A DNA stretch of 64,000 nucleotides. Origin: an uncultured Clostridiaceae bacterium. GTDB taxonomy: Bacteria > Bacillota > Clostridia > TANB77 > CAG-508. Below, one piece after another: positions 11,296 through 21,903 of the stretch (positions are counted from its first letter, which is position 1; the number at the start of each line of letters is the position of its first letter). The DNA is taken from positions 3,779-67,778 of the forward strand of contig CAOJVB010000005.1 in the NCBI GenBank assembly GCA_948444845.1. Direction: 5' to 3'. A program made the position numbers and the translations under genes. The notes below the pieces were generated by a model. It saw only the letters and a list, made by a program, of their open reading frames with translations, was not told the origin of the DNA and ran no database searches.

Positions 11296-12039
11296 ATGAA
11301 AGAAGTTTTAAAAGTAGAGAATGTATCAAAAAAATATCAGGCAGCTAACGGAGAAGTAGAAGCTCTAACAAATGTAAATTTTTCTATTAATGAAGGCGAG
11401 TTTGTAAGTTTAATTGGACCAAGTGGATGTGGAAAATCTACAATGTTATCTATTATTGCGGGCTTAGAAGAAAAGACATCAGGAGAAATTATAATAGATG
11501 GAGAAATAGGTTATATGCTTCAAAAAGATAGCCTTTTAGAATGGCTAACTATTTATAAAAATGTAATGTTTGGATTAGAAATAAGAAAGCTAAAAACCAC
11601 AGAAAATGTACAATATGTGGATAACCTACTTAAAAAATATGGTTTATATGAATTTAAAGACAAATATCCAAACCAACTATCAGGCGGTATGAGGCAAAGA
11701 GCAGCTTTAATTAGAACTCTAGCAATAAAGCCTAAAATATTACTATTAGATGAAGCATTTTCAGCCTTAGACTATCAAACAAGAATAATGGTAACAAAGG
11801 ATATTTACGATATTTTAAGAAACGAAGGAATTACAGCACTAATTGTAACACATGACATTTCAGAAGCTATAAGTATGTCTGATAGAGTTATAGTATTAAG
11901 TAATAGACCAGCCACTGTAAAAGAAATTCATAAAATAGACTTTGAAATGGAAAATAGAACACCACTAAACTGCCGAGAAAGCCCTAAATTTAGCAAATAT
12001 TTTGATACCATTTGGAAAGGACTAGATGTACATGGATAA
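11296..12039 (+). CDS. ABC transporter ATPase (NitT/TauT/SsuB type)
   Basis: GPSGCGKS, LSGGMRQR, LLLDEAFSALD and VTHD motifs. Confidence 0.95.
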   Translation: MKEVLKVENVSKKYQAANGEVEALTNVNFSINEGEFVSLIGPSGCGKSTMLSIIAGLEEKTSGEIIIDGEIGYMLQKDSLLEWLTIYKNVMFGLEIRKLKTTENVQYVDNLLKKYGLYEFKDKYPNQLSGGMRQRAALIRTLAIKPKILLLDEAFSALDYQTRIMVTKDIYDILRNEGITALIVTHDISEAISMSDRVIVLSNRPATVKEIHKIDFEMENRTPLNCRESPKFSKYFDTIWKGLDVHG

Positions 12040-12833
12040 AGAAAAAAATATATCAGAAGATAGAAAAAAATACTTAAGAAAACAAAGAAATCAAAAAGTT
12101 TTAATAAAAGTAGTTCAATTCAGTATTGTTATTGGACTTACCCTATTGTGGGAAGTACTCGCAAATAAAGGCATTATAGATAGCTTCATTATGAGCCAGC
12201 CTTCTAGAATAGTAAAAACATTTTTAAATTTATCACAAAATAATTTGTTAGAACATATTAAAGTAACTTGCTTAGAAACACTAATAGGCTTTTTGCTAGG
12301 AACATTTTTAGGAGCAGTTATAGCAATTATGCTATGGTGGTCAAAGTTCCTATCAAAAGTTGCAGAGCCATTTTTGGTAGTACTAAACAGTCTTCCAAAA
12401 GTAGCACTTCGGGCCAGTTATAATTATATGGGTAGGAGCAGGAATGCCAGCAATTATAGTAATGGCACTTGCAATCTCCTTAGTAGTAACAATATTAGAA
12501 ATATTAAATGGATTCTTAAATACAGATAAAGAACTTATAAAAATGGCAAAAACCTTCCACGCAAACAAACTTCAAATACTATCAAGAATTATAATACCAG
12601 CAAATAAAGCCACATTTTTCAACTCACTAAAAGTAAACATAGGGCTTTCACTAGTAGGCGTAATAACAGGAGAATTCTTAGTTTCAAAAGCAGGGCTTGG
12701 CTATTTAATAGTATATGGAGGTCAAGTATTCCAATTAGACCTAGTAATGACAAGTGTTATAATATTAGCAATTGTAGCATATATTATGTACCAAGCAGTT
12801 GTTATGTTAGAAAAGGTTCTAGTTAAAAAATAA
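12032..12833 (+). CDS. ABC transporter permease (NitT/TauT/SsuC type), continuous via a +1 shift at CGGG (12410-12413)
   Basis: ORFs 12026-12529 and 12444-12833 join as ...NSLPKVAL-G-PVIIIWVGAG...; about 266 aa; GEFLVSKAGLGYLI motif. Confidence 0.88.
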
Positions 12834-13263
12834 GAAAAAATAGGTAATTAATAATACTGTAGTGGCACGGGGCACCGTGCCCTTTATTATTATATAGGAA
12901 AAATCGATTTTAAATTGTAGGGGCGAGCATTGCTCGTCAGCGTGACGAAGCCACTTTTGTCATTGTATAGGAAAGCTCAATTTAAAAACAAGGGGCACCG
13001 TTTGTGGGAATACCTCAAAGGACAAGACACCACTGTACCCTTTGCTCTATAATAATAAAATATTATATTTAAATATATAAATTATAAAATTAATTCATAA
13101 AAACTTACATAAATTCATATAAAAGGTTGCAATAATTCACATAATGTAATAGAATAAATACCGTAAAAATTAAAAAGGAGGTTATAAAAAAGGGAATATA
13201 AACTAATATTCCTTAAAAAGCAACTATAAACCAAGCATCTCAAGAAGAAAAGGAGAAAAAAGT

Positions 13264-14283
13264 ATGACAGTAATATTTGTACTATTAATCATTGCTCTAT
13301 TGGTTTCAAGAACGGTATTTTCAGTTATAATAAGTTTAGTAGAAAAGGCAGATTCAGAATTAGAAGAAGAAGAGAGAAAACACCTTCGAAAAATTAACAG
13401 AATTGCTTCTATTGCAATATGCATTGCCATTGCGATAACTACAATCGCTTCATCGGTATATGTAATAGGGGAGCAAAACTTAGCTATTGTTACAACATTT
13501 GGCAAGGCAGAAGCAGTTTCTGGAACAGGAATACATTTTAGAATTCCTTTCATCCAAAAGGTGAAAAAGTTGGACAGTACTATTCAAGGTCTAGCAATTG
13601 GCTATCAGGAAGAAGACAATGAAGGCCAAGAAAATGATAGCCTAATGATAACCACGGATTTTAATTTTGTTAATGTTGATTTCTACGTGGAGTACAGAAT
13701 TAATGATGCGATTATGTATGAATATGGATCTTCAGATCCAGTAGGAATACTGAAAAACATCGCACAGGCTTCTATTAGGAATACCATCGGCTCATATAGA
13801 GTTGATGATGTTCTTACAACAGGAAAAAGCGAAATTCAGGCTGTAATAAAAGAAGACATCATAAAAGAACTGGAAAACCGGAAAACCGGATTAATGCTAG
13901 TGAATGTTACGATACAAGATGCAGAGCCACCAACAGCTGAGGTTTCAGAAGCATTCAAAAGCGTTGAAAATGCAAAGCAACAGGCAGATACCAATCGAAA
14001 CAACGCTGAGAAGTATCAAAATGAGGAGTTACCAAAAGCACGAGCAGAGGCAGACGCAATTATACAAGATGCAAATGCTACAAAGCAGGAAAGGATAGAC
14101 GAGGCAAATGGTGAAGTAGCACTCTTTAATGCGATGTACGAAGAGTATAAAAAGGATCCAGATACTTCTAAAATAAGAATGTACTATGAAGCAATGGAAG
14201 AATTACTACCTAATTTACAAATTATAGTAAATGGTACAGATTCTGAAATTAAACCTATAATTGTTCAGCAGGAGGGAAAGTAA
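13264..14283 (+). CDS. hflK: HflK-like SPFH/band-7 FtsH modulator
   Basis: TM anchor, GIHFRIPFIQ, MITTDFNFVNVD, QDAEPP.EV.EAF, PKARAEA. Confidence 0.85.
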   Translation: MTVIFVLLIIALLVSRTVFSVIISLVEKADSELEEEERKHLRKINRIASIAICIAIAITTIASSVYVIGEQNLAIVTTFGKAEAVSGTGIHFRIPFIQKVKKLDSTIQGLAIGYQEEDNEGQENDSLMITTDFNFVNVDFYVEYRINDAIMYEYGSSDPVGILKNIAQASIRNTIGSYRVDDVLTTGKSEIQAVIKEDIIKELENRKTGLMLVNVTIQDAEPPTAEVSEAFKSVENAKQQADTNRNNAEKYQNEELPKARAEADAIIQDANATKQERIDEANGEVALFNAMYEEYKKDPDTSKIRMYYEAMEELLPNLQIIVNGTDSEIKPIIVQQEGK

Positions 14284-14284
14284 T

Positions 14285-15196
14285 ATGAAGATAAAGGGAA
14301 AAATAGTAGCAGTTGTAGCAAGCTTGACTTTCGTAATTTTATTTGGCAGTAGTACATACACGCTCAAAGAAAATGAGTCTGGCTTAATAAAACAGTTCGG
14401 CAAAGTTGTTGAAACTAAGCAGGAGGCAGGTATTTACTTCAAAAAGCCATTTATACAAAGCATAATGAAACTGCCAAAGGAAGAGCAATTGTATGACTTA
14501 GCATCATCTGATGTAATAACATCGGATAAGAAGTCTATGATTGCAGATTGCTATGTTATATGGCAAATTAAAGATCCACTAAAGTATTACCAAACACTTA
14601 AATCTACATCTAATGCAGAAAGCAGAATAGATATTTTGGTATATAATTCTATGAAAAACGTTATTTCATCTACGAAGCAAGATGAAGTGATTCAGGGGAA
14701 AGATGGTACGCTTTCTATCAAAATCATGGAAGATCTAAGTGAAAAAAATTCTGCAGAGCAGTATGGAATTTCAATTAATTCAGTGGAAATGAAACGCTTA
14801 GATTTGCCATCAGATAATAAAGATGCTGTATACAGCCGTATGATATCTGAAAGAAACAAGATAGCTGCACAGTATACTGCAGAAGGAGAGTCAGAAGCAC
14901 AGCAAATCCACAATGATGTAGATTATCAGGCAAGAGTAATACTTTCAAACGCACAGAAAGAGTCAAAATCTATAATTGCGGAAGGTGAAGCCGAGTATAT
15001 GAAAATTATACAGGATGCATATAACTCACCAGAGCGTAACGAGTTTTATCAGTTCCTAAGAGGCTTAGAGGCAACAAAGGCATCATTATCAGAAGGAACT
15101 ATGGTAATAATCGATGACGACTATAAGATTATAGATAACTTGAAGCTGTCAGAAGGAGAGCAGAAAGTTACAGCTCCAACTCAAGATGTAGAATAA
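14285..15196 (+). CDS. hflC: HflC-like SPFH protein
   Basis: GIYFKKPFIQ, TSDKK.MIAD, KRLDLP, VYSRMISER, EFYQFLR; follows hflK. Confidence 0.88.
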   Translation: MKIKGKIVAVVASLTFVILFGSSTYTLKENESGLIKQFGKVVETKQEAGIYFKKPFIQSIMKLPKEEQLYDLASSDVITSDKKSMIADCYVIWQIKDPLKYYQTLKSTSNAESRIDILVYNSMKNVISSTKQDEVIQGKDGTLSIKIMEDLSEKNSAEQYGISINSVEMKRLDLPSDNKDAVYSRMISERNKIAAQYTAEGESEAQQIHNDVDYQARVILSNAQKESKSIIAEGEAEYMKIIQDAYNSPERNEFYQFLRGLEATKASLSEGTMVIIDDDYKIIDNLKLSEGEQKVTAPTQDVE

Positions 15197-15204
15197 TAAA
15201 AATT

Positions 15205-15230
15205 AGGAACCCACAAAATTGTGGGTTCCT
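15205..15230. terminator. intrinsic terminator
   Basis: aggaacccacaa-aa-ttgtgggttcct followed by a T run. Confidence 0.8.
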
Positions 15231-15243
15231 TTTTGGGGCAACT

Positions 15244-15456
15244 CTATTGAAAATAAGCCCAAACATAAGCATCTGCATATTCTTCAATATCTTTAGTAAC
15301 TCCTTGTGATACATCATATTTCATTCGACTAATAGCATTCTTAGCAAGATTAGAACAAATTTCTTCAGGAATTTCGCCATTAGATTTTTTTAGAATAAGT
15401 AAAGCTAATTTGTTTTCATAGTCTCCATAAAAATTATTGCTATTATTAGTATCCAT
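15244..15456 (-). CDS. small hypothetical protein
   Basis: ORF with GGAGG RBS before ATG 15456. Confidence 0.55.
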   Translation of the reverse strand: MDTNNSNNFYGDYENKLALLILKKSNGEIPEEICSNLAKNAISRMKYDVSQGVTKDIEEYADAYVWAYFQ

Positions 15457-15523
15457 ATAATAACCTCCATTCAAACATTAGAAAAATAAGTTAATAAAGT
15501 TACTTTATAGAATATAACAATTA

Positions 15524-17350
15524 CTACATTCCTTCAACATTTAATTCTTCTGTTCCTTCAAGAACAAATTTACCATCTTTAATAATAAAAGTTTCACTAT
15601 CACCAATAGCCACAATATTACCTAATTCGTAATATGGAATAGTAATATCTGTATGACAACCAAAATATGAATTTTCATCTCTTTTAATAGAAACCTCATT
15701 ATCCTTAGCAACTACTTCTTTGCCATCAGGGTTAAATACCTTTGTTTCCTCATCCATAGAATAGCAAGTATCACCAAATGCAAAATGAGGGCCAGTTTTT
15801 TCTGCTATAAGAATATCAAGCTTATCATTAATATTATATTTGTTACCCATTACATAAGCAGTAGTATTTGTACCAATTGCAAATTCACCCATAGGTAAGG
15901 TTTTATGGTCATACAGTAAATGTTCATTAATATATTCAGAATTTTCCTTTTCAGTAGCATAATTTTTACAACTATACTCTTTAATAAATCCATCTTCAAT
16001 TAATAAACATAAATCTGTAAACTTCCAACCATTAAGGTAAATTTGAGAAACATGAAGAGTACCATTTGTTCCTTTAAGTACAGGAGAAGTGAAAACTTCA
16101 CCAACAGGAACATTTACATCTGCTGTACAATTTTCAAACTTAGTTTGAGTATTAGGTTTTTCAAGTTTTGCAAGAGAGATCCATAAATCAGTTTTGTTAC
16201 TGTTCTTACCAGTTACATGAACAATATCAGACTTATCAAGAACATCAATAATTTTTTGATGTATATTTTCATATTTTTCATTATCAAGCGTATTAACAAC
16301 TATTGTATCATCAAAAATGCTCTCAAAGTCTTTTCCAATTTCAGGGCAAGGGTAGGAAATAATAGTAAAAGAGTTTTCCTGCCTAATATAGTCCATATAT
16401 AAAACAGAATACTTTGTACCAAATGAACTATTTAATTCAGAAAGGTATGTATCTTTACTAAAAATTTCAAAACCATTTTCTGGAACAAAACGATTTTCAC
16501 CAAAAGTTTCAATATAAATAGGACCTGCATATTTCATAAAAGTATTTACATTGTCTTTTAAAGCTGATTCAAAGCAAAAAAGGTAATTTTTAACATAATC
16601 ATCAGAAAGATAAAAATTGTAATCATATCTGTGGTTATAATTCAACTGTTTATCAAATTCAGAATTATCATATAACCTAAGAACAACATCCAATTTTCCT
16701 TCTAATAATTCGCAAACTCTTTTAGCAACTTTTTCAAAGCCCATAGGGTAAAATAAACAAACATAGGTCTTCCTAGAAATGTCGGTTCCAGCACTGCCAA
16801 TTTTATTCAAACCTCTTAAAAATGAATGCATTGTACAACTAGCAATAGAAGTAATTTTGTCATCATCTACTTTATTAAAATAGTCAACAATTTGCATATG
16901 ATTTTGAGTTACTTTTTTACCATAATAATATAAATAGTTATAAGAATTTAAGTCTGAACCAAATACTACATTTCTAGTAGAATTATGAACAACAGTATTG
17001 TTTTCAATAATGTTATTAACAGTAAGAATAACATTATTACACCTTTCCAAAGTAATATTTCTTAACCTACTAATATCTGTTGCTTCAGATAAATTATTTA
17101 AAAATTCTAAAATATCATCACACTTATTATCTTTTAAACAAAAATGTGAATATGATCCTAAAATCATATAAGATAAAAATGCACTAAACTTAGAATCTTC
17201 ACAGTCATTCAAATTAAGTATAGGGTTACTGTAGAATTGCTCCATTTTAAGCTGATTTGCTTGTAATTCCTGTAAAGAAAGACTAGAAAAATCAGTTTTA
17301 TAAATTGTTTCATAAAAGCCTTTTACTTCCTTAATAAAGTTAGTAATCAT
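15524..17350 (-). CDS. aminopeptidase (M29/thermophilic metalloprotease-like)
   Basis: NVPVGEVFTSP, GEFAIGTN, EKTGPHFAFG and HTDIT motifs. Confidence 0.85.
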   Translation of the reverse strand: MITNFIKEVKGFYETIYKTDFSSLSLQELQANQLKMEQFYSNPILNLNDCEDSKFSAFLSYMILGSYSHFCLKDNKCDDILEFLNNLSEATDISRLRNITLERCNNVILTVNNIIENNTVVHNSTRNVVFGSDLNSYNYLYYYGKKVTQNHMQIVDYFNKVDDDKITSIASCTMHSFLRGLNKIGSAGTDISRKTYVCLFYPMGFEKVAKRVCELLEGKLDVVLRLYDNSEFDKQLNYNHRYDYNFYLSDDYVKNYLFCFESALKDNVNTFMKYAGPIYIETFGENRFVPENGFEIFSKDTYLSELNSSFGTKYSVLYMDYIRQENSFTIISYPCPEIGKDFESIFDDTIVVNTLDNEKYENIHQKIIDVLDKSDIVHVTGKNSNKTDLWISLAKLEKPNTQTKFENCTADVNVPVGEVFTSPVLKGTNGTLHVSQIYLNGWKFTDLCLLIEDGFIKEYSCKNYATEKENSEYINEHLLYDHKTLPMGEFAIGTNTTAYVMGNKYNINDKLDILIAEKTGPHFAFGDTCYSMDEETKVFNPDGKEVVAKDNEVSIKRDENSYFGCHTDITIPYYELGNIVAIGDSETFIIKDGKFVLEGTEELNVEGM

Positions 17351-17799
17351 ATATATACCTCCTATAATAAAATTATATTGTTAGTAAGTAATATAACATA
17401 ATATAAGATATATTGCAATAAATTTATGACGGTTTTACGAAAATAATAATTTTAAACGTTACAATTCACAGCTCAGAAGTATTTTATTTTTACTGTAAAT
17501 TGTAACTTTTAAACACAATTTAATATATAAATGGTAATTATACAAGGGGAGGATATCTAAAACGAAGATCTGTAAGAGTTTACCAGATTACTCCGATATG
17601 TATATATTAATTTTAGACAATAAATGTAATTTTGTATTTATCACAAATTACGCATTTTAATAAGAATAAATTACTAAATTTTTTATAAAGTAATATTTGA
17701 AAATTTAAATTCCAATATTAAGTTACGTTTACAAAAAAAATGAATACAATATATAAGAATGCAAAAGCATCAAAACCAAAAAGAAAGGGGAATACAAAA

Positions 17800-18816
17800 G
17801 TGAAAAAAACTTTAAGTATAGCAATCATTATTGTACTTATAATAATAGTAGCAGCAGTTACTATTTATTTCGTAACAAGAGATAAAGGGGAAGAAGTAGC
17901 TTCATTAAAGAAAATTAATGTAAACGAAGTTACAAGGTCAGTATTCTATGCTCCACAATATGTAGCAATAGCAAAAGGATATATGGCAGAAGAAGGTTTA
18001 GAAATAGACCTTACAACTGGTCAAGGTGCAGACAAAGTTATGACAGCAGTACTAGCAGGCCAAAGTGATATAGGATTTGCAGGACCAGAAGCATCAATAT
18101 ATATATATAATGAGGGGAAAGAAGATTACTGTCAAGTATTTGCACAATTAACACAAAAAGATGGTTCATTCCTAGTAGCAAGAGAAAATACAGACAATTT
18201 TAGTTGGCAAGACTTAAAAGGAAAAACAGTAATACCAGGAAGAAAAGGCGGAGTTCCATATATGACATTTGAATATGTACTAAAACAAAATGGAATAGAC
18301 CCACAAAAAGATTTAATATTAGACGACAGTATAAAATTTGACTTAATGGCAGGAGCATTTTCAGGGGGAACAGCAGACTATGTAACACTATTTGAGCCAA
18401 CAGCAACAATGACAGCAAATGCAGGGAAAGGTTATGTAGTAGCATCAGTAGGGGAAGCTTCAGGAGAAATACCATACACAGCATATTTTGCTAAGAAAAG
18501 CTATATAGAAGCAAACAGTGATACAATACAAAAATTCACAAACGCAATATATAAAGGTCAAAAATTCGTAGAAGAACACACAATGAAAGAAGTAGCAGAA
18601 GCAATAAAAGACTTCTTCCCAGACACAGATGTAGATTTACTAGCTACAGTATTACAAAGCTACAAAGACATAGACGCATGGAAAACAGTGCCAACAATGA
18701 AAGAAGAATCATTTGAACTACTACAAAAAGTAATGCAAGAAGCAGGAGAACTATCACAAAGAGCACCATTTGATAAAATAGTAAATAATTCATATGCAGA
18801 AAAAGTAAGTAAATAA
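17800..18816 (+). CDS. ABC substrate-binding protein (NMT1/THI5/SsuA type)
   Basis: TM anchor, RSVFYAPQYVA, GPEASIY, GGVPYMT, FEPTA; GTG start after AAGGGG. Confidence 0.9.
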   Translation: MKKTLSIAIIIVLIIIVAAVTIYFVTRDKGEEVASLKKINVNEVTRSVFYAPQYVAIAKGYMAEEGLEIDLTTGQGADKVMTAVLAGQSDIGFAGPEASIYIYNEGKEDYCQVFAQLTQKDGSFLVARENTDNFSWQDLKGKTVIPGRKGGVPYMTFEYVLKQNGIDPQKDLILDDSIKFDLMAGAFSGGTADYVTLFEPTATMTANAGKGYVVASVGEASGEIPYTAYFAKKSYIEANSDTIQKFTNAIYKGQKFVEEHTMKEVAEAIKDFFPDTDVDLLATVLQSYKDIDAWKTVPTMKEESFELLQKVMQEAGELSQRAPFDKIVNNSYAEKVSK

Positions 18817-18856
18817 AAAAGGTGTAAAATTTGCGAAAGCAAATTTTACATCTTTT
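18815..18856 (+). terminator. intrinsic terminator
   Basis: tgtaaaatttgc-gaaa-gcaaattttaca hairpin with T run. Confidence 0.75.
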
Positions 18857-19190
18857 CTATATTCTTAGGAAAGTCATCCATGATAGGGGAGGACCTTTCT
18901 TATAGTATAGGAAAAATTGATTTTTTAAAATATATTCTACGTTGTAGGGGTCGCACTTTGGACGACCCAAGTGGCGTTGGCCGCTTTTATTCGAATATAG
19001 TTATGGAAGAATTAGATTTTCTTATGTGGCTTTGCCACTTAGAAAATTTTATTTTTGTTTTTTTAGTGTTTGTATTGACAAATAATACCAACATAATATA
19101 TAATACAAAATGTGTACAAGAGTTAAAAGTACATGGAAGAATAAATCCCACACGAATAAAAGTGTTAATACTGGAAGGAGGGGAATATTA

Positions 19191-19361
19191 ATGTCAGAAG
19201 TAAGAGTAAATAATGGAAATATAGAAGATGCCTTAAAAAGGTTTAAAAGACAATGCGCTAGAAATGGTGTTATACAAGAAGTACGTAAAAGAGAACATTA
19301 TGAAAAACCTAGCGTAAAAAGAAAGAAAAAATCAGAGGCAGCAAGAAAAAGAAAATTTTAA
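19191..19361 (+). CDS. rpsU: 30S ribosomal protein S21
   Basis: [10 protein letters not shown]...[25 protein letters not shown]; GGAGG RBS. Confidence 0.97.
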   Translation: MSEVRVNNGNIEDALKRFKRQCARNGVIQEVRKREHYEKPSVKRKKKSEAARKRKF

Positions 19362-19744
19362 TGGAAAAGTAAGAGGTTGGAAGTTAGATGTTAGAAATAA
19401 ACAATAATTTTCAACCTTTTTGTATAAGAAGTTGGAAGTTAGAAATTGGAGGTTGCAAATCAGAGTAAGGCTTTCAAAGAATTGTAGGTGCGAGTATTTT
19501 CTTAGCTCTTTGAACGTTAGTGAGTTAGAGATAAGTTATGTTTTAGCGTAATTGTCCGTTGTTCGAAGAAATTGCTTGAGCCAATATGCAACAGTGAAAA
19601 ATACATGCCTTCGGTTTTTGGCAGGGGGCACCGTTTGTGAGAATACCCCTTGGACGTGATACTACTGCACCCCCAATATAGTGAATAATTAATCATGAAG
19701 AGTGAATAGTACAAAACTCTTCGAGTTTTGAGGAGGAAAAGAAT

Positions 19745-20185
19745 ATGTTAAAAGAAAAATTACTAGAAGATATGAAAATATCAATGAGAGATAAAAACAT
19801 AATTAGAAAAAACGTAATACAAATGGTAAGAGCAGCTGTATTGCAAGTAGAAAAAGATAAGCAAATAGAACTAACCGATGAGCAAATAATAGATGTAATA
19901 GCCAAAGAATCTAAAAAAAGAAAAGACTCATTAGCAGATTATGAAAAAAGTGGAAGAGAAGAACTAATAAAACAGATTAATGAAGAAATAGAAATATTAG
20001 CAGAATACTTACCAAAGCCACTTTCAAAAGAAGAGCTAGAAAAAATAATTGAAGAAGTAATAAAAAGTGTAGGAGCAACAACAATAAAAGAAATGGGCAC
20101 AGTAATGAAAGCAGTAAAAGAAAAAGTAGGAGCTGCAGCAGATGGAAAAACAATAAATGAAATAGTAAAAAGCAAGTTAAATTAG
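19745..20185 (+). CDS. yqeY: GatB/YqeY domain protein
   Basis: KE.KKRKDS...Y..GR..L...E.EIL..YLP, MG.VMK, ADGK motifs; typical position after rpsU. Confidence 0.93.
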   Translation: MLKEKLLEDMKISMRDKNIIRKNVIQMVRAAVLQVEKDKQIELTDEQIIDVIAKESKKRKDSLADYEKSGREELIKQINEEIEILAEYLPKPLSKEELEKIIEEVIKSVGATTIKEMGTVMKAVKEKVGAAADGKTINEIVKSKLN

Positions 20186-20481
20186 AAGTTGGAGGTTGGA
20201 AGTTAGAAATAACAAATAACTTTCAACTTTTCAAATTATAGAAATAATAAGAAAAAATCGTTCCTACACCTTTTAAACTAAGCCTTTGCAATAACCAGAC
20301 TACAAAAAATATAAAATAAGCCTTGTATATTTTTTGCTTTTTGTACTATAATATAAATGTTAGAATAAATAGAAAATTTTAGCAAAACAATTAAAAATAA
20401 AAATTACTCCCCAAGAGGTACGTTACTTTCCATTTGGAAACGTCCCCAATGGGAACCAGTGAGACAAAAAAGGAGAAAAAA

Positions 20482-21741
20482 ATGATAAATAAAACAATAG
20501 ACTTAAAACAAGGTATAAAACTTCATAAAATAGAAACAAACAAATTCAAAACAAACTTACTAGCAATATTTTTAAGTGTACCACTAACAAGGGAAAATGT
20601 AACAAAAAATGCACTATTAGCAGCTATTTTAAGAAGAGGAACCGCAAATATGCCTACACAAGAAATTATAAGTAAAAACTTAGAAGAAATGTATGGGGCA
20701 AGTTTTGACTGTGGAATAGAAAAAAATGGAGATAATCAAACAATAAAGTTTTACTTAGAATCAATAAATGACGAATTCTTACCACAAAAAGAAGACCTAT
20801 TAAAAAGAAGCTTTGACATATTATTTAATATAGCATTTAACCCATTAGTTGAAAATGGAAAATTTAAAGAAGAATATGTAGAAGGAGAAAAAGAAAACTT
20901 AAAACAAATAATAGAAGGCAAAATAGATAATAAAGGTGCATATGCTATGGAAAGATGTATAGAAGAAATGTACAAAAATAAAGCATATGGCTTATACAAA
21001 TTTGGATATATAGAAGATTTAGAAAATATAACATCACAAGAGCTTTATAACCATTATAAAGAAATTATAAAAACTTGTAAAATAGATGTATTTGTATCTG
21101 GTATGTTACCAAAAGATATAGAAAAAGTAGTAAAAGAAAATGAAAACATAAGTAATTTAGAAGAAAGAAAAATAAAACTAAATGAAGAGCAAAAACATAT
21201 TAATAATGAAGAAAAAGTAATACAAGAAAGTATGGATATAACACAAGGAAAACTAGTATTAGGGTTAGATGTAACATCTAATATAGAAAACCTAAGTTAT
21301 ATAACAATGTGCTATAACACAATACTAGGTGGAGGAGCAAACTCAAAAATGTTCCAAAATGTAAGAGAAAAGGCAAGCCTTGCATATACAGTAGGTTCAA
21401 ACTACTTGAAAAGAAAACAAAATATAATAATAAGAGCAGGAATAGAAATACAAAATTATGAAAAAGCACTAGAAATAATAAAAAAACAATTAGAAGATAT
21501 GAAAAATGGAAACTTTACAGATGAAGATGTACAAAATGCCAAAAACCTAATAATAGCAACAATAGAAAATATACCAGAAGAGCAAGACACAGAAATAAGT
21601 TACTATTTTGGTCAAGAGCTAGCAGGTACAAATATACAGGTAGAAGAATACAAAGAAAAAATAGAAAAAGTAAGCAAGGAACAAATAGTAGAAGTGGCTA
21701 AAAGTGTAAAAATGAATACAATTTATTTTTTGAAAAATTAG
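20482..21741 (+). CDS. ymfF: M16 family inactive peptidase (YmfF-like)
   Basis: KFKTN, LEEMYGA and ILGGGANSKMFQNVREKASLAY motifs; paired with ymfH. Confidence 0.85.
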   Translation: MINKTIDLKQGIKLHKIETNKFKTNLLAIFLSVPLTRENVTKNALLAAILRRGTANMPTQEIISKNLEEMYGASFDCGIEKNGDNQTIKFYLESINDEFLPQKEDLLKRSFDILFNIAFNPLVENGKFKEEYVEGEKENLKQIIEGKIDNKGAYAMERCIEEMYKNKAYGLYKFGYIEDLENITSQELYNHYKEIIKTCKIDVFVSGMLPKDIEKVVKENENISNLEERKIKLNEEQKHINNEEKVIQESMDITQGKLVLGLDVTSNIENLSYITMCYNTILGGGANSKMFQNVREKASLAYTVGSNYLKRKQNIIIRAGIEIQNYEKALEIIKKQLEDMKNGNFTDEDVQNAKNLIIATIENIPEEQDTEISYYFGQELAGTNIQVEEYKEKIEKVSKEQIVEVAKSVKMNTIYFLKN

Positions 21742-21903
21742 TAGAATTAGGACGGTTTCTAATCAGAAACAAGGCACAAAAGTAGATTGGGGACGGTTCG
21801 TAATCGGAAACAAGATAGAGAAGAACCACAAGGAAAAAAGCAAAAATAATCTGGATAGATTAAGAACTGTGCCCAATCGGAAGCCAACAGAAAAGGAGAA
21901 AAC

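Noticed and set aside
18880-19191. 103-aa ORF and the N-terminal extension of rpsU in the ORF track
   Set aside because: They run through a REP-like repeat and the rpsU promoter; the real rpsU start is ATG 19191 with a strong RBS.
19370-19720. Possible CRISPR array or riboswitch between rpsU and yqeY
   Set aside because: Only degenerate heptamer runs and one dispersed repeat; no constant repeat-spacer periodicity and no riboswitch consensus I can support.
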